A stretch of DNA of 64,000 nt from a virus (IMGVR_UViG_3300035156_000156:508-64507), one strand, 5' to 3'; positions 19,401-29,095 are shown, numbered from the stretch's first letter. Program-made: numbers and translations. Notes: generated from the sequence alone by a model not told the origin.

Positions 19401-20796
19401 CAAGAAGGTCGGTGATCCCACGCCGAACCTCAAATATGCGGACATTGCCAAGACAACAATGGCTTGGCTTGGCGCTAAGGTTGTCCGCTACATGGACCAG
19501 CAGAACACCAACGGGGAGTTCGCAATCCGCAATAGCATTTCGGATTTCTACACCGGGCCAACTGGCATGGGTCCGGTTAGCTTCGATACCATCATTGACG
19601 AAAGCAACGGGTTCGGCACCGATCCTTGGGTCTGCATCGGCTGGAATTGGTCTGTGGCCGCCATCAAGGCCGTGGTCGCGAAGTTTTACGGCGCAGGCGG
19701 GCTTGCCGCGGGGCGGCGCGCATACTTCGAACTGTCCAACGAGGTATGGAATAACGCCTTTTGGATCGCCGCTTGGGCCGCAATGGAAGGCGTCGCCAAG
19801 GGGTATCGCTCGAATGGTGTAAATGCCCTCGCTCCGCTGCAAGTCGCGGCGATCACCGGCCTGACCGATGAAAGCGGGAACATCGACGGGTTCACAGGCA
19901 TCCCATCGGTCTCATACGCGCAGGGCAAATACGTTTACATCAAGAGCCTAAACGGCGTCGGCATGCTGGTGTTGCAGGCCAATCGCGCGATCACGGCAAA
20001 CTCGTCAGCCGACGCAGTCGCGGGAACGACGAACGCTGCATGGACGGTTATCGCGAACAACTTTGATTGCAACGAAGCAAAGAAGTTCGTTTTTTCCGAC
20101 AGGGCAAAGCAGACGATTGTGGCCATCAATGAACAGATGGATGAAATGGGCATTGCCCGCGATCGGGCTGTGCGTGTTGTGGCGTGGTCCACCGGCTCTG
20201 GCATTTCGTCCTATCAGCAAATCCTTAGCTGGGGAGGGTTGGGTGCATTGCACGATGCCTTTGCCACCGCACCCTACTTTGGTGGCGGTCAAGCCGGATA
20301 CGATCTTGGGTCATATAGCGACAACCGTACAGGTTGGGGTGCTGCGCAGAAGAACCTTGTCGCTACGGATGTTCCAGCATTCAAAGCCGCGTATCTTGCT
20401 ATCGCTACCGAAGCTATCGACGCAATCATTGACCAAAGCGCCGCCAGCAAAGCGGCAATGGATATTTGGATGCAGGCCACCTTTGCCCGCCGCCCCCGGT
20501 GGATATGCTACGAAGCGGGCCATCATTGGGTCCAGCGTGGCTCTTGGCCTGCCGCGATCACCACGACCTTCTTCCCGCTTATCTACAAGAGCGCCGAACA
20601 CGGGGCGCTTTATGAATACTACATCAACCGCTGGAATACTAAGTGCGGCGATCTGATGTGCATGTACGATCAGGGCGGTATCAAAGTCGCGAACGACAAT
20701 AACAACTGGACGATCATGGATCACGACAAGGACTATACTCGCCCGAACGCGCTGGCGTTGCACAACGTCAACGGCGGATCGAACGTCACGGGATAG
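16495..20796 (+). CDS. Large Ig-repeat protein with C-terminal clan GH-A-like glycoside hydrolase domain (putative virion-associated depolymerase)
   Basis: GGAG RBS before ATG 16495; two Ig-like repeats (..SGTPT/..TGTPT..F.F); RYMDQQNTN, YFELSNEVWN and CYEAGHH motifs. Confidence 0.75.
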   Translation: MATKTDIKSFWFYPPTRWSAVDAMFRQLLTAAGLMGEYRRVDQFFFSGPARWAAVDDMLLALFAHPTAPNDGYRSIRAPQIPASTRWPMFDTMMDTLYTAFEPDGDVPPRWVSLPRIGGRPVVGFAPQLVDGVVEDGTITNRALLLAGTAVALNYVPQPADEGSYLQYRNTAASPGGKVTTRTSAKDYIERATGTPTPSPTPVPTIILTTLSLSGALQIGVATSGTIIGATAGSIITGNIPGITINTLNRTYSGTPTGTEATITDGLRETLLGASNSGRLSTIVVAAAAVVAPTLNALSLSSTSGIVGTAKTITILGATGGSVISGTVPDGMTLNSGARTITGTPTQDGTFSFNLIETLAGATNSGRSSTVSVVIDAASVPGQVASSTFTGKSFAPFNTTSIVQSFEWDHNTNNGNTFVVMLLRTDNAQLYPPAGNAIQLRIGVTSFTLGKYTDGVAGTTNIGSVTYSPVVANGDHLIAKINADRTLTITRVSDSAVIATVNTENMDLYFSAQFASAGKYVSMHGDVSGTALNVGLTNMRAKGYVPIATIADVPVGASSDVRSGKVFDAYPTGSAAQSFDFNWNSGGTFRVFFNRTDTSTAYPPTDGICALIRPASLSIGTWVNGAETTRISNRAYLAAPPAGTACNISRNADGSIVLVRKDTGADVVRIPASETASFVLPYTGQYLSMYGNGGASTYLDSPLANMKAGPIAVPVTVNSIILDSAYRPTIDINYTGVGITGYNVQLMNGTADVGPKQPATVTVAGAAHLVLTPSTTFTAAQFAANVKARIYPVINGTESQQYQDTPLVTMPAGPLAPPIAGLNRAAYSSSYFNELILSRDRGMQAAVRTPALANYIPPSSLSPTASNNVNSGPIIASDSGMTQDGSFTTIVGGSSFLVQMPWRWDTGTYQLGNKDAAWPSGLTVSMNNSAGASFDGTTKQLTITQESPAVGITFTVGGTMPAGGFRLSCKKVGDPTPNLKYADIAKTTMAWLGAKVVRYMDQQNTNGEFAIRNSISDFYTGPTGMGPVSFDTIIDESNGFGTDPWVCIGWNWSVAAIKAVVAKFYGAGGLAAGRRAYFELSNEVWNNAFWIAAWAAMEGVAKGYRSNGVNALAPLQVAAITGLTDESGNIDGFTGIPSVSYAQGKYVYIKSLNGVGMLVLQANRAITANSSADAVAGTTNAAWTVIANNFDCNEAKKFVFSDRAKQTIVAINEQMDEMGIARDRAVRVVAWSTGSGISSYQQILSWGGLGALHDAFATAPYFGGGQAGYDLGSYSDNRTGWGAAQKNLVATDVPAFKAAYLAIATEAIDAIIDQSAASKAAMDIWMQATFARRPRWICYEAGHHWVQRGSWPAAITTTFFPLIYKSAEHGALYEYYINRWNTKCGDLMCMYDQGGIKVANDNNNWTIMDHDKDYTRPNALALHNVNGGSNVTG

Positions 20797-20861
20797 TCGG
20801 GGCCACATAGACCGGAGCCGCCAGCCGTGCGATATGCCCTGCATCGGATAGGGAGCGCGCG

Positions 20862-22406
20862 GTGGCCAGTCGGTTTGGGCAAATGTTCAGCAGCGTGCTG
20901 GGCAGCAACGGTGGGGGCGAGGTCGCAAAGGCCGTCGCCCCCACTGCCACGTTGGGCAGCAGCGCCGGCCCGGTCGATGGTATCGGGCAGACGTTCGGCG
21001 GCGAGGATAGCCCATTCGTCAACCTGATGGGGCCAGAACGCTATGCGGTGTTCGAAACCAACGTGCGCGACTTCTCGATCATCGCGGCCGGGGTGCGCCG
21101 CTTCCTCAATCTGATCGCATCGGCCGAGTGGACCGTGAACCCGCCGGATGGCCTGAACGCCAACGAAGCGCCGATCGCGCAAGGCTACGCCGACGCCGCC
21201 TATGATATGCTGTTCGGCATGACCACCAGTTGGTCCACCGTGGTGCGCAAGGCGGCGCTGTTCCGCTTCGTCGGCTTCGTCATCATGGAATGGACCGCCA
21301 AGCGGCTGCCGGATGGCACGATCGGCCTAAAAGACATCGAAATGCGCCCACAGCGTTCGATCGTCCGGTGGGTGCGCGATGGCGGCGGCACGGTCGAAGC
21401 CGTGGTGCAGCAGGTGCCGGGTCGCGCCGAGGTGACGATACCGATAGGGAAGTGCGTCTACGCGGTGGACAACACCCTGACCGAACACCCGGAAGGGCAG
21501 GGCCTGTTTCACCATCTGGCCAAGTCGGCGCACCGGCTGCAACAGTTCCTCGATCTGGAAAAGATTGGATTCGAGACTGACCTAAAGGGCATTCCGGTCG
21601 CGCGCGGCCCGCTGGGCGAGTTGCAGGCTGCGGTCAATGCCAAGCCGGAAGGCCCGGAACGGGTGGAGGCCGAGGCCAAGCGGCTGCGCATGATCCAACC
21701 GCTGCGCGACTTCGTTGAAAAGCACGTGCGGTCGAAGAAGTCGGGCATGCTGCTACCGTCCGACACGTTCAAGGAGGTGGACGCCGACGGCAAGACCAAG
21801 CCGTCGTCGGTGCCGAAGTGGGCCGTGGAACTGCTGACGGGCGACGCTAGCAGCTTCGCCGAAATGGCCGCCGCGATCACCCGCATGAACCACGATATGG
21901 CGCGCGTGTTGGGCCAAGAGGATCTGATGCTGGGCGAGAACGGCGGCGGATCGCTGGCGCTGGGCAAGTCGAAAACCGGCACGTTCTATGTCACCGTCAC
22001 GTCCACGCTGTCGGAACTGGTGGAAGTGTTCGACCGCGACATCATGGCCCCGATCGCCGAGTTGAACGGGTGGCCTGATGAGTTGCGCCCACAGCTTGCC
22101 GTCAGCCGCGTCGGTGATCAGGACATCGCCGAACTGACGCAGGCCCTGAACGATATGGCGTCGGCCGGCGCTGTGCTGGCCCTGGACGATCCCGCCATCA
22201 ACGAGGTGCGCGATATGCTCGGGCTTTCGCACGCGCCGGAAATGGACCCCGCCGATGCGTCGCTGAACGCGCGTCGCAAGGAACCCGACGTGATCGATGA
22301 TGAGGTGCCAGACCCGGAAGCCGACGAGCCGCTGGCGGGCGGGGCCACGGTCAACAAGTCGCGGTGGACCAAGTCGCGCCGGGCGCGCCGTCGGAGGGCC
22401 AAGTAA
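20862..22406 (+). CDS. Portal protein
   Basis: 514 aa; opens the head module; GGGSLALGKSK and IGFETDLKGIPVAR motifs. Confidence 0.85.
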   Translation: MASRFGQMFSSVLGSNGGGEVAKAVAPTATLGSSAGPVDGIGQTFGGEDSPFVNLMGPERYAVFETNVRDFSIIAAGVRRFLNLIASAEWTVNPPDGLNANEAPIAQGYADAAYDMLFGMTTSWSTVVRKAALFRFVGFVIMEWTAKRLPDGTIGLKDIEMRPQRSIVRWVRDGGGTVEAVVQQVPGRAEVTIPIGKCVYAVDNTLTEHPEGQGLFHHLAKSAHRLQQFLDLEKIGFETDLKGIPVARGPLGELQAAVNAKPEGPERVEAEAKRLRMIQPLRDFVEKHVRSKKSGMLLPSDTFKEVDADGKTKPSSVPKWAVELLTGDASSFAEMAAAITRMNHDMARVLGQEDLMLGENGGGSLALGKSKTGTFYVTVTSTLSELVEVFDRDIMAPIAELNGWPDELRPQLAVSRVGDQDIAELTQALNDMASAGAVLALDDPAINEVRDMLGLSHAPEMDPADASLNARRKEPDVIDDEVPDPEADEPLAGGATVNKSRWTKSRRARRRRAK

Positions 22407-22954
22407 TGGTGATGATCGCAATCGGGGATTACTCCTTCCCGGCGTACGCCGACGTTGCGTTCGCCGATCAGGTGATGGCCGGCGACGTGCTGCGCGCCGC
22501 GCCGTGGGCGACCCGCAACGAAGAAGCCAAGGCGCGCGGCCTCGTCAGCGCGGCGCGCATCATGCGCGTGCTGCCGTGGTGCAACGGCCTTCCGTCCACC
22601 ACCGAAAACATCGACCCGATCGTGGCCGAGGTGAACGCGCTGCTGGCCGCTGACGTGCTGACCCGGCCCAGCCTCGTCGCGCCCACGCCCTCGGTCGGCG
22701 GCATCAAATCGGCCAAGGCCGGCAGCGCCGAGGTGGAGTTCTTCGAAACCGGCAAGGTGGTCGCGACCGTGCTGCCGATTCCGCAGCCGCTGTGGGACTA
22801 TCTGCTGGCCGTCGGCCTGCTGTGCCCCGGCACGGTCCTCAAGCCCGGCGAGGACACCAACGCCGAGCCGTACGTCAGCGGCATCAACGCCGGGTGCGAG
22901 TTCCGCCCGCTGGGCGGCCGGTTCGAATGCGACCCGTGGACGGACTTCGACTGA
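22406..22954 (+). CDS. Head-tail adaptor (DnaT-like-domain family)
   Basis: YADVAFADQ...KARGLVSA...IKSAKAGSAEVEFF. Confidence 0.7.
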   Translation: MVMIAIGDYSFPAYADVAFADQVMAGDVLRAAPWATRNEEAKARGLVSAARIMRVLPWCNGLPSTTENIDPIVAEVNALLAADVLTRPSLVAPTPSVGGIKSAKAGSAEVEFFETGKVVATVLPIPQPLWDYLLAVGLLCPGTVLKPGEDTNAEPYVSGINAGCEFRPLGGRFECDPWTDFD

Positions 22955-23346
22955 TGGGCAACGTGCTATTCGGCGTGGACATCGCCGCGATCATCGCCGG
23001 GGCCATGGGCGACAGCCTGATGGACGTGCTGATCACCAAGAAGGTGCGCGGCGAGCGCGTGCCGGGCAACCTGTCGGCCGGGCGGCCCGTCAGCGATGTG
23101 CCATTCGCCTGCGCAGGGTTCTGGGACGATAACGCCGACGTGCCGGTGGGCGTCGAACTGGCGATCACCGATCGCATCGCCACCCTGATCGGTGACACGA
23201 TCCCGGCCGGCGGCATCCCGGTGCAGGGCGATAGCATCACGATCGAGGGAATCACCGCCACCGTTACCCGCCCAATCGGCCGCGATCCTGCTGCTGCGGT
23301 CTACACGTATCTGTGCAGCGACAGCACCGGCCCCGATGGGGTCTAG
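22954..23346 (+). CDS. Head closure / head-tail joining protein
   Basis: TGATG coupling; GDSITIEG...RDPAAAVY motif. Confidence 0.65.
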   Translation: MGNVLFGVDIAAIIAGAMGDSLMDVLITKKVRGERVPGNLSAGRPVSDVPFACAGFWDDNADVPVGVELAITDRIATLIGDTIPAGGIPVQGDSITIEGITATVTRPIGRDPAAAVYTYLCSDSTGPDGV

Positions 23347-23349
23347 GGC

Positions 23350-24654
23350 GTGATCACGCGCCTTGATCAATTGCTGTCGGCGTACGGTGCGGCCGAAGTC
23401 TTGGTGCGCGCCGTCATCGACCTGCTGGTGGCTCGCAACGGGATCAATCAGGGCGCGCTTGCCGACCTGATCGAAGCGGGCGATTTGGCCGGCGGCCTCG
23501 ATACGATCGCGACCGCAGCCAACGGGTCGGCGCTGCCGATCAGCGTGGACGCCGCCACACTGGCCGAACAGGCGGGCCTTGCCCCGCGCGTCGCGCCCAC
23601 ACCCGCCCGGCCAGCCGACCCCCTGCCGCCCCGCAATGCCACAGCCACCAAGCTGGGCGCGCGTGCGGCGCGCGAGGCTGGGCCGACTCGAGCCGTGGAA
23701 GACCCCGCCATCAGGCTGGCCCGGCTGATCGATCAGCAGGAAGAACGGATCGCGGGTATATTCAACACCGCGGTCGCCGCGATGAAGGACAGCCTTGATC
23801 TGGACGAACTGGCCGATCTGCTGGCGCGCGGACGACCCGATGAAGCGATCGAGAAGCTGATGCGCGTTGCCGACGATCTGGGCGCGGCTTCCAATTTCGC
23901 CTTCATCACCTCGGGCCAATCTACGGCCGACTTCATCGCCGGGGCTGGCGTCGGGCGCGCCGTCTTCGATCACGTCAACACCAACGCGGTGGCGGCGATG
24001 CAGGCCAACCGCCTGTCGATGATCGCCGAGTTCACCGCCGAGCAACGCCGGGCCACCAGCGCCGCCCTGATCAGCGGCGTGGAGCGCGGCGCGAACCCGC
24101 GCGAACAGGCGCGCGACTTCCGCGACAGCGTGGGCCTGACCGAGAAGCAATGGGAGCATGTGGCCAACTATCGGGCCAAGCTGGAACGGGTGGGAACCGG
24201 GTCGAGGTCGCAGCTTGCCGCGCTGGACAATGCCCTGCGGAACAAGGGCAGCGACAGCGTGATCAGGCGCGCCGTCAAGCAGGGCAGGCCGCTGGACCCC
24301 GAGCGCATCGACAAGATGGCGACGGCCTACGCCAATCGGTACATCAAATACCGGGCCGAGGTGATCGGCCGCACCGAGGCCATGCGTGCGGTCAACGAAG
24401 GCAACGAAGAAGGGTGGCGGCAGGCCATTGCCGATGGCGTGGTCGAAGCGCGCGACCTGACCCGCAAGTGGGTGACACGGCTGGACGGGCGCGAGCGCAG
24501 CACGCACCTGCTGCTGAACGGCCAAACCCGCGATTGGGGCGAGCCTTGGCAGACCAAGCACGGGCCGATCCGCTATCCCGGCGACCCGGATGCACCCGCA
24601 TCAGAAGTCGTCCAGTGTCGATGCCATCTAACCACCCGGATTCGGCGCAAATAA
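23350..24654 (+). CDS. Head morphogenesis (Mu gpF / SPP1 gp7-like) minor head protein
   Basis: RAEVIGRTE...KWVTRLDGRERSTH..LNGQ...YPGDP...QCRC; alternative GTG start near 23695. Confidence 0.85.
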   Translation: MITRLDQLLSAYGAAEVLVRAVIDLLVARNGINQGALADLIEAGDLAGGLDTIATAANGSALPISVDAATLAEQAGLAPRVAPTPARPADPLPPRNATATKLGARAAREAGPTRAVEDPAIRLARLIDQQEERIAGIFNTAVAAMKDSLDLDELADLLARGRPDEAIEKLMRVADDLGAASNFAFITSGQSTADFIAGAGVGRAVFDHVNTNAVAAMQANRLSMIAEFTAEQRRATSAALISGVERGANPREQARDFRDSVGLTEKQWEHVANYRAKLERVGTGSRSQLAALDNALRNKGSDSVIRRAVKQGRPLDPERIDKMATAYANRYIKYRAEVIGRTEAMRAVNEGNEEGWRQAIADGVVEARDLTRKWVTRLDGRERSTHLLLNGQTRDWGEPWQTKHGPIRYPGDPDAPASEVVQCRCHLTTRIRRK

Positions 24655-24780
24655 CGCGAGGGCTATGCGCCAAGCAGGAGTCGGGATAAGAAGCGGCTAG
24701 TGGGAACCGACGCTGAAAAGGCGCACCCCGCTACCGCCACCCAAGCGAAGCTGCCGAACCCGCGCCGTGGGAGGCATCTT

Positions 24781-25224
24781 TTGACGACCATTGCCAAGAC
24801 CTTGAGCAGCAGCACGGCCACCATAATGAAGGTGGACGATGAGAAGCGGCACGTGTTCGGCATCTTCTCGGTCGCCAAGATCGGCGACGCAATGGTCATT
24901 GACGACGAGGACGACAAGGTGTGCCCCGACGCACTGGAAGCCGCGGCCTATGGCCACGTGCTGGAAGCGCGGATCGCGGGCGAAAACCACGTCCGCAAGG
25001 GCGTCGGCGACCTGATCGAAAGCATGTTCTTCACCCCCGAAAAATGCGCCGCCATGACGAAGGCGTTCGCCGATTCCGGCATTGAAGTGACGATCGACAT
25101 TCCCGCGGTGGCGTGGTGGGGCGGCTATCACGTCCACGACGATACTGTGTGGAAGGGCGTTAAGGACGGCACTTACGTGTCGTTCAGCATCGGCGGCAGC
25201 GCCGATCGCGGGGAGGACTCCTGA
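24781..25224 (+). CDS. XkdF-like putative prohead protease
   Basis: GGAGG RBS with TTG start; ENH, WWGGYHV.D..VWKGVKDG.Y.SFSIGG. Confidence 0.8.
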   Translation: MTTIAKTLSSSTATIMKVDDEKRHVFGIFSVAKIGDAMVIDDEDDKVCPDALEAAAYGHVLEARIAGENHVRKGVGDLIESMFFTPEKCAAMTKAFADSGIEVTIDIPAVAWWGGYHVHDDTVWKGVKDGTYVSFSIGGSADRGEDS

Positions 25225-26486
25225 TGTCTACGCTGCGCAATATCCACGTCGCCGAAGTGTCGTTCTGCCGCAAGGGCATGAACCCCCACGCCAAGGTTGC
25301 GCTGTTCAAGTCGGCCGACACCACGCCGCTCGGGCTAGCCAAGGCCACGTTCGAAGAAGCCCTCGGTGCACAGTTGGTCAGTCAGCGCGTGTCGAACGCC
25401 TTTTACGGCGCATTCGACAATCTGTGGTCGCGTAACGATGCGTTCCGCACTGCGATGACCGATGAAATTGAGGCGGGCGGCGACGGCAGCGAAGCGGCTG
25501 ACGCATGGCTGGCATCGGTCAAGCAACTTGCTGACGACGCGATCGCAGCGGCGCGCGAAAACGGCGGCAAGCCCACCGACGAAGAACTGGCCGGCGCGGT
25601 TGCCAAGGCCGTGGACACTTACCTTTCGAAGCAGGAGACCAACGAAATGTCGATCACCAATAAGGCGGCCCTGCTGGCCGCTGTCGCGAAGTTCAACCCG
25701 GCCACTGACACCGTGGCGCACGCCGCGATGATCACCAAGGCTGCCACCGATCTGGGCGCGGAAGACGCGCTGCCGATCGAAGGCCCGTTGGCCAAGGCGA
25801 AGCCCGACACCGACAATGCCGCGCTGGTGCGCAAGGTCGCCGAACTGTCAATGACCGCCGACGTGCGCAAGCACTACGACACGCTGGCCGAGGACGCCAA
25901 GGTGGCCTTCCTCGCCAAGTCGGACGACGAGCGCACCACGATCGTGTCGAAGGCCAACGAAGGCGACCCGGTGCTGTACACCACCACCGACGGCATCGAC
26001 ATTCGTAAGTCGGCTGGCGACACCACGCTGGCACTGGCGAAGTCGAACGACGCGCTGCGCGCACAGGTCGCTGACCTGTCGAAGTCGTCCACCACGGTCA
26101 CGCTGGAAAAGCGCGCCACCGAGTACCCCAACGTTGCGAAGGCAACCGCGATCAGCATCCTGAAAACGGCCGACGCAATGCCGGCCGGTTCGCCCGAGCG
26201 CGCCGACGTGATCAAGGGGCTGGACGCGCTGAACAAGGCGCAGGCCACCGCCTTCTCGCGCTTCGGCGATACGCAGACCGCCCCGGTGCAGACCGCCGGG
26301 CTGGCCAAGGCCAAGGGCGACTTCGACGCCAAGGTGGCCGAGGTCAAGAAGCGCGACAACATCGGCACCGCTGATGCGATGTCGAAGGCGCGCCAAGAGG
26401 CTCCCGACCTGTTCGCCGCGGCGCACCCGGCGATGGCCGAACAGGAAGCCGAGTCCGAGGCACATGCCGAGGCCGCAGCAGCCTAA
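25224..26486 (+). CDS. Capsid scaffolding protein
   Basis: EVSFCRKGMNPHAKVALFK N-terminus; helical; lies between protease and capsid. Confidence 0.7.
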   Translation: MSTLRNIHVAEVSFCRKGMNPHAKVALFKSADTTPLGLAKATFEEALGAQLVSQRVSNAFYGAFDNLWSRNDAFRTAMTDEIEAGGDGSEAADAWLASVKQLADDAIAAARENGGKPTDEELAGAVAKAVDTYLSKQETNEMSITNKAALLAAVAKFNPATDTVAHAAMITKAATDLGAEDALPIEGPLAKAKPDTDNAALVRKVAELSMTADVRKHYDTLAEDAKVAFLAKSDDERTTIVSKANEGDPVLYTTTDGIDIRKSAGDTTLALAKSNDALRAQVADLSKSSTTVTLEKRATEYPNVAKATAISILKTADAMPAGSPERADVIKGLDALNKAQATAFSRFGDTQTAPVQTAGLAKAKGDFDAKVAEVKKRDNIGTADAMSKARQEAPDLFAAAHPAMAEQEAESEAHAEAAAA

Positions 26487-26529
26487 CCCGGCCGCATCGA
26501 AAACCCCGCAGTAGAGAAGGATCAGCACA

Positions 26530-26886
26530 ATGACCGTTCAGCGCCAAGTAGGCTCGCAGACCGATTGCCAAGAGTCGGCGACCGATCTGCGCGGCAAGGA
26601 AAACCGCTTCGCCAAGCGCGTCGCGGGTCCGAAGTTTGCCGTGGCTGGTGCGGGCGAGAAGGTCGCCGGCATCATTTCGGAAGGCAAGAATGTCGGCCTG
26701 CACACCTCGATCAACACCGGCAATCAGCTTCGCGTCGTCGCGGGCGCTGCACTGGCGGTCGGCGATGTCGTGCAGTCGGACGCCGAGGGCCGGGCCATCG
26801 TGGGCACCACCAACCCGGCCGGCACGGTGATCTTCCCGGCATCGGCCGCGGGCGTCCTCGCCGAAATCGAACTCGATCGCGTCTAA
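26530..26886 (+). CDS. Capsid decoration/cement protein
   Basis: VVAGAALAVGDVVQSDAEGRA motif; upstream of the MCP. Confidence 0.75.
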   Translation: MTVQRQVGSQTDCQESATDLRGKENRFAKRVAGPKFAVAGAGEKVAGIISEGKNVGLHTSINTGNQLRVVAGAALAVGDVVQSDAEGRAIVGTTNPAGTVIFPASAAGVLAEIELDRV

Positions 26887-26888
26887 CA

Positions 26889-26912
26889 CGACCCGGCCAG
26901 CCGGCCGGGTCG
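26889..26912 (+). promoter_or_regulatory. Hairpin upstream of the MCP (mRNA stabiliser or processing site)
   Basis: CGACCCGGCC-AGCC-GGCCGGGTCG, perfect 10-bp stem, no U-tract. Confidence 0.45.
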
Positions 26913-26962
26913 CCCCCACCACCAACCGCAAAAGGCGTTGGCCTTAATCGGAGGAATCTAAA

Positions 26963-27982
26963 ATGCGTAAGGTCAACGACATCGCGGGTATTCAGAACCC
27001 GAACGAATACCTGACGAACTACAGCTACGCGCTGCAAACTGACTCGGCCATCTTCGTCGCCGGTGTCGCTTCTTCGACCGTTCCCGTGGTCAACGAAGCC
27101 GGCAAGTATAACGTCTTTCCGGTCGGCTACTTCTGGCGCGACGAAGCGCAGGTGCGCCCGCTCGGTGGTCGCCCGGTGCAGGTCGGCTATGCGATCGAGG
27201 AAGGCAGCTACAGCGCCGAGGAATGGGCGCTCGAACACACCGTTGACGATCGCCAGCGCCGCAACGCTCGCAATCAGGTCAACCTTGACGAGAACGCCAC
27301 GCGCCTGCTGACCAATAAGCAGATGATCCGCGCCGATCGCCTGTGGGTGCAGAAGTTCTTTAACGATGCGGCGTGGGGCATGAAGGTGTCGGGCGTCGCG
27401 GCCGACCCGGACGCCGGGGCCGACCAGTTCCTTCAATGGGGCGATGGCGCATCCACGCCGTTGCAGGACATCGAAGACTGGAAGGAGCGCATTCGCATGG
27501 CGACCGGCATGGAGCCGAACACGCTGGTGCTGGGGTCGAACGTTCGAAAGGCGCTCAAGAACCACCCCGAAATCGTGGACCGGATCAAGTACACCTCGTC
27601 GGCCGCGATCACGAACGACACGATGGCGTCGATGTTCGAAGTGGACAACGTGCGCGTCGCGCGCGCGCTGTACAACGCCGCCGAGGAACGCATGCCCAAC
27701 GATCAGCGCGGCGGTGTGAACCTTCAGTACATCGCCGATCCGAACGCGGCGCTGCTGGCGTACATCGACCCGAACCCCACGATCGACAGCCCGACGGCCA
27801 TCGCGAACTTCACGTGGACCGGGCTGGTGCCGGGGCAGACCAGCGATATGGGCGGCGTGATGTCGCGCGGTCGCGACGATCGCGCCTACACCGATTACTT
27901 CCACAATCGGCAGGCGTACGCGCTGGCCAAGGTCAGCGATGATCTGGCGGTGTTCGTGAAGGGCGCGTACAGCGCGGGCTAA
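26963..27982 (+). CDS. Major capsid protein
   Basis: GGAGG RBS; 339 aa; LTNYS..Y, TGMEPNTLVLG, ALKNHPEIVDRIKY. Confidence 0.9.
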   Translation: MRKVNDIAGIQNPNEYLTNYSYALQTDSAIFVAGVASSTVPVVNEAGKYNVFPVGYFWRDEAQVRPLGGRPVQVGYAIEEGSYSAEEWALEHTVDDRQRRNARNQVNLDENATRLLTNKQMIRADRLWVQKFFNDAAWGMKVSGVAADPDAGADQFLQWGDGASTPLQDIEDWKERIRMATGMEPNTLVLGSNVRKALKNHPEIVDRIKYTSSAAITNDTMASMFEVDNVRVARALYNAAEERMPNDQRGGVNLQYIADPNAALLAYIDPNPTIDSPTAIANFTWTGLVPGQTSDMGGVMSRGRDDRAYTDYFHNRQAYALAKVSDDLAVFVKGAYSAG

Positions 27983-28015
27983 CAGGCCCTCGCTCAACTG
28001 ATGAAGGATACGACT

Positions 28016-28537
28016 ATGGCGGTGCGTGAAAAGTTCGACCCAACCCGGCCTTTCACCGCCGCCAAGTCGTATCTGTACGGCGGGGTCCAGTACGTGAAGG
28101 GCCAGCCCTTCAACAAGCTGGGCATCCCCGATCGCAAGCTGGGCCTGCTGTATCAGGCCCGCACGATCAACATGGAACCGGCCGAGGCCGCGACCGATGA
28201 CCCCACCGAACTGGTGCGGGTGATCACGCCCAAGAAGGGCAGCTATTACATGGTGACGGCCCCGTGGCTGGCCGAACCGCTCAAGGTGAAGGGCAAGGTC
28301 AACGCCGAGGCCGCAGCGCAGAAGCTGCGCGACGATGGCCCGCCCGAGGACGAACCGGCCGACCCCGTGCAGGTCTCGGCCGGTGCCGACGAAGGCACGT
28401 GGATCGTGACCGCCGAGTGGCTGGCCGACCCCGAGGACTTCACCGACGAAGAAGCCGCCAACGCCCGCGCCGACGAACTGCGCGCCGAAGGGCCACCCGA
28501 AGCCGAGAAGCCCGAGGGCGACCCGCCCACCGAATAA
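28016..28537 (+). CDS. Hypothetical (head-associated) protein
   Basis: AAGGA RBS; internal repeat Y/W.VTA.WLA.P. Confidence 0.75.
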   Translation: MAVREKFDPTRPFTAAKSYLYGGVQYVKGQPFNKLGIPDRKLGLLYQARTINMEPAEAATDDPTELVRVITPKKGSYYMVTAPWLAEPLKVKGKVNAEAAAQKLRDDGPPEDEPADPVQVSAGADEGTWIVTAEWLADPEDFTDEEAANARADELRAEGPPEAEKPEGDPPTE

Positions 28538-28557
28538 ACAGTCGTCTCCTGCGACCG

Positions 28558-28587
28558 CGGCGCGTCCTCTATCCCGAGGGCGCGCCG
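28558..28587 (+). terminator. Putative terminator hairpin after the head genes
   Basis: CGGCGCGTCCTC-TATCCC-GAGGGCGCGCCG followed by TTGGTGT. Confidence 0.5.
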
Positions 28588-28627
28588 TTGGTGTATGTGA
28601 CGCAGGAACAGCGAAAGGATCGACACC

Positions 28628-29095
28628 ATGACCACCGCGACGCGCGACGCCACGAAGCCCTTGGCCATGGCCAAGTTCAAGAAGGTGGCGGGCCACCCGC
28701 TGAACGCCGGCACGCCGATCACGGTGACGGACAGCCCCGCCGCAGCCGGCGAGGTGGACGCCGAAACCGCCGATCGCCTGTTCGCTGCCGGGCTGGCGAT
28801 CTATGCCGACAAGGCCAGCGCCACCCCGGTGGAAACGCACCGCGCCGCCGCCGAACGGTTGACCGAAATTGACGATCTGGGCGGCGGCAGCTTCTTGGTG
28901 CGCGGCCCCGGCATCAATCAGAGGTTCCGTGGCCGGGCCAAGGCCGAGGCGGCCCGCGACAAGGCGATCGAGGACGCCGACGCACTGGCCGACACCCCGA
29001 CGACCGCCGACATTGACGACGCCGATCTGCGCGAAGGTGAAGGCGAAGCGGGCACAGGCGCGCCGGGCGGCACCGGCGACACCAAGACCGACTAA
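28628..29095 (+). CDS. Hypothetical structural-module protein
   Basis: AAGGA RBS; acidic C-terminus. Confidence 0.7.
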   Translation: MTTATRDATKPLAMAKFKKVAGHPLNAGTPITVTDSPAAAGEVDAETADRLFAAGLAIYADKASATPVETHRAAAERLTEIDDLGGGSFLVRGPGINQRFRGRAKAEAARDKAIEDADALADTPTTADIDDADLREGEGEAGTGAPGGTGDTKTD

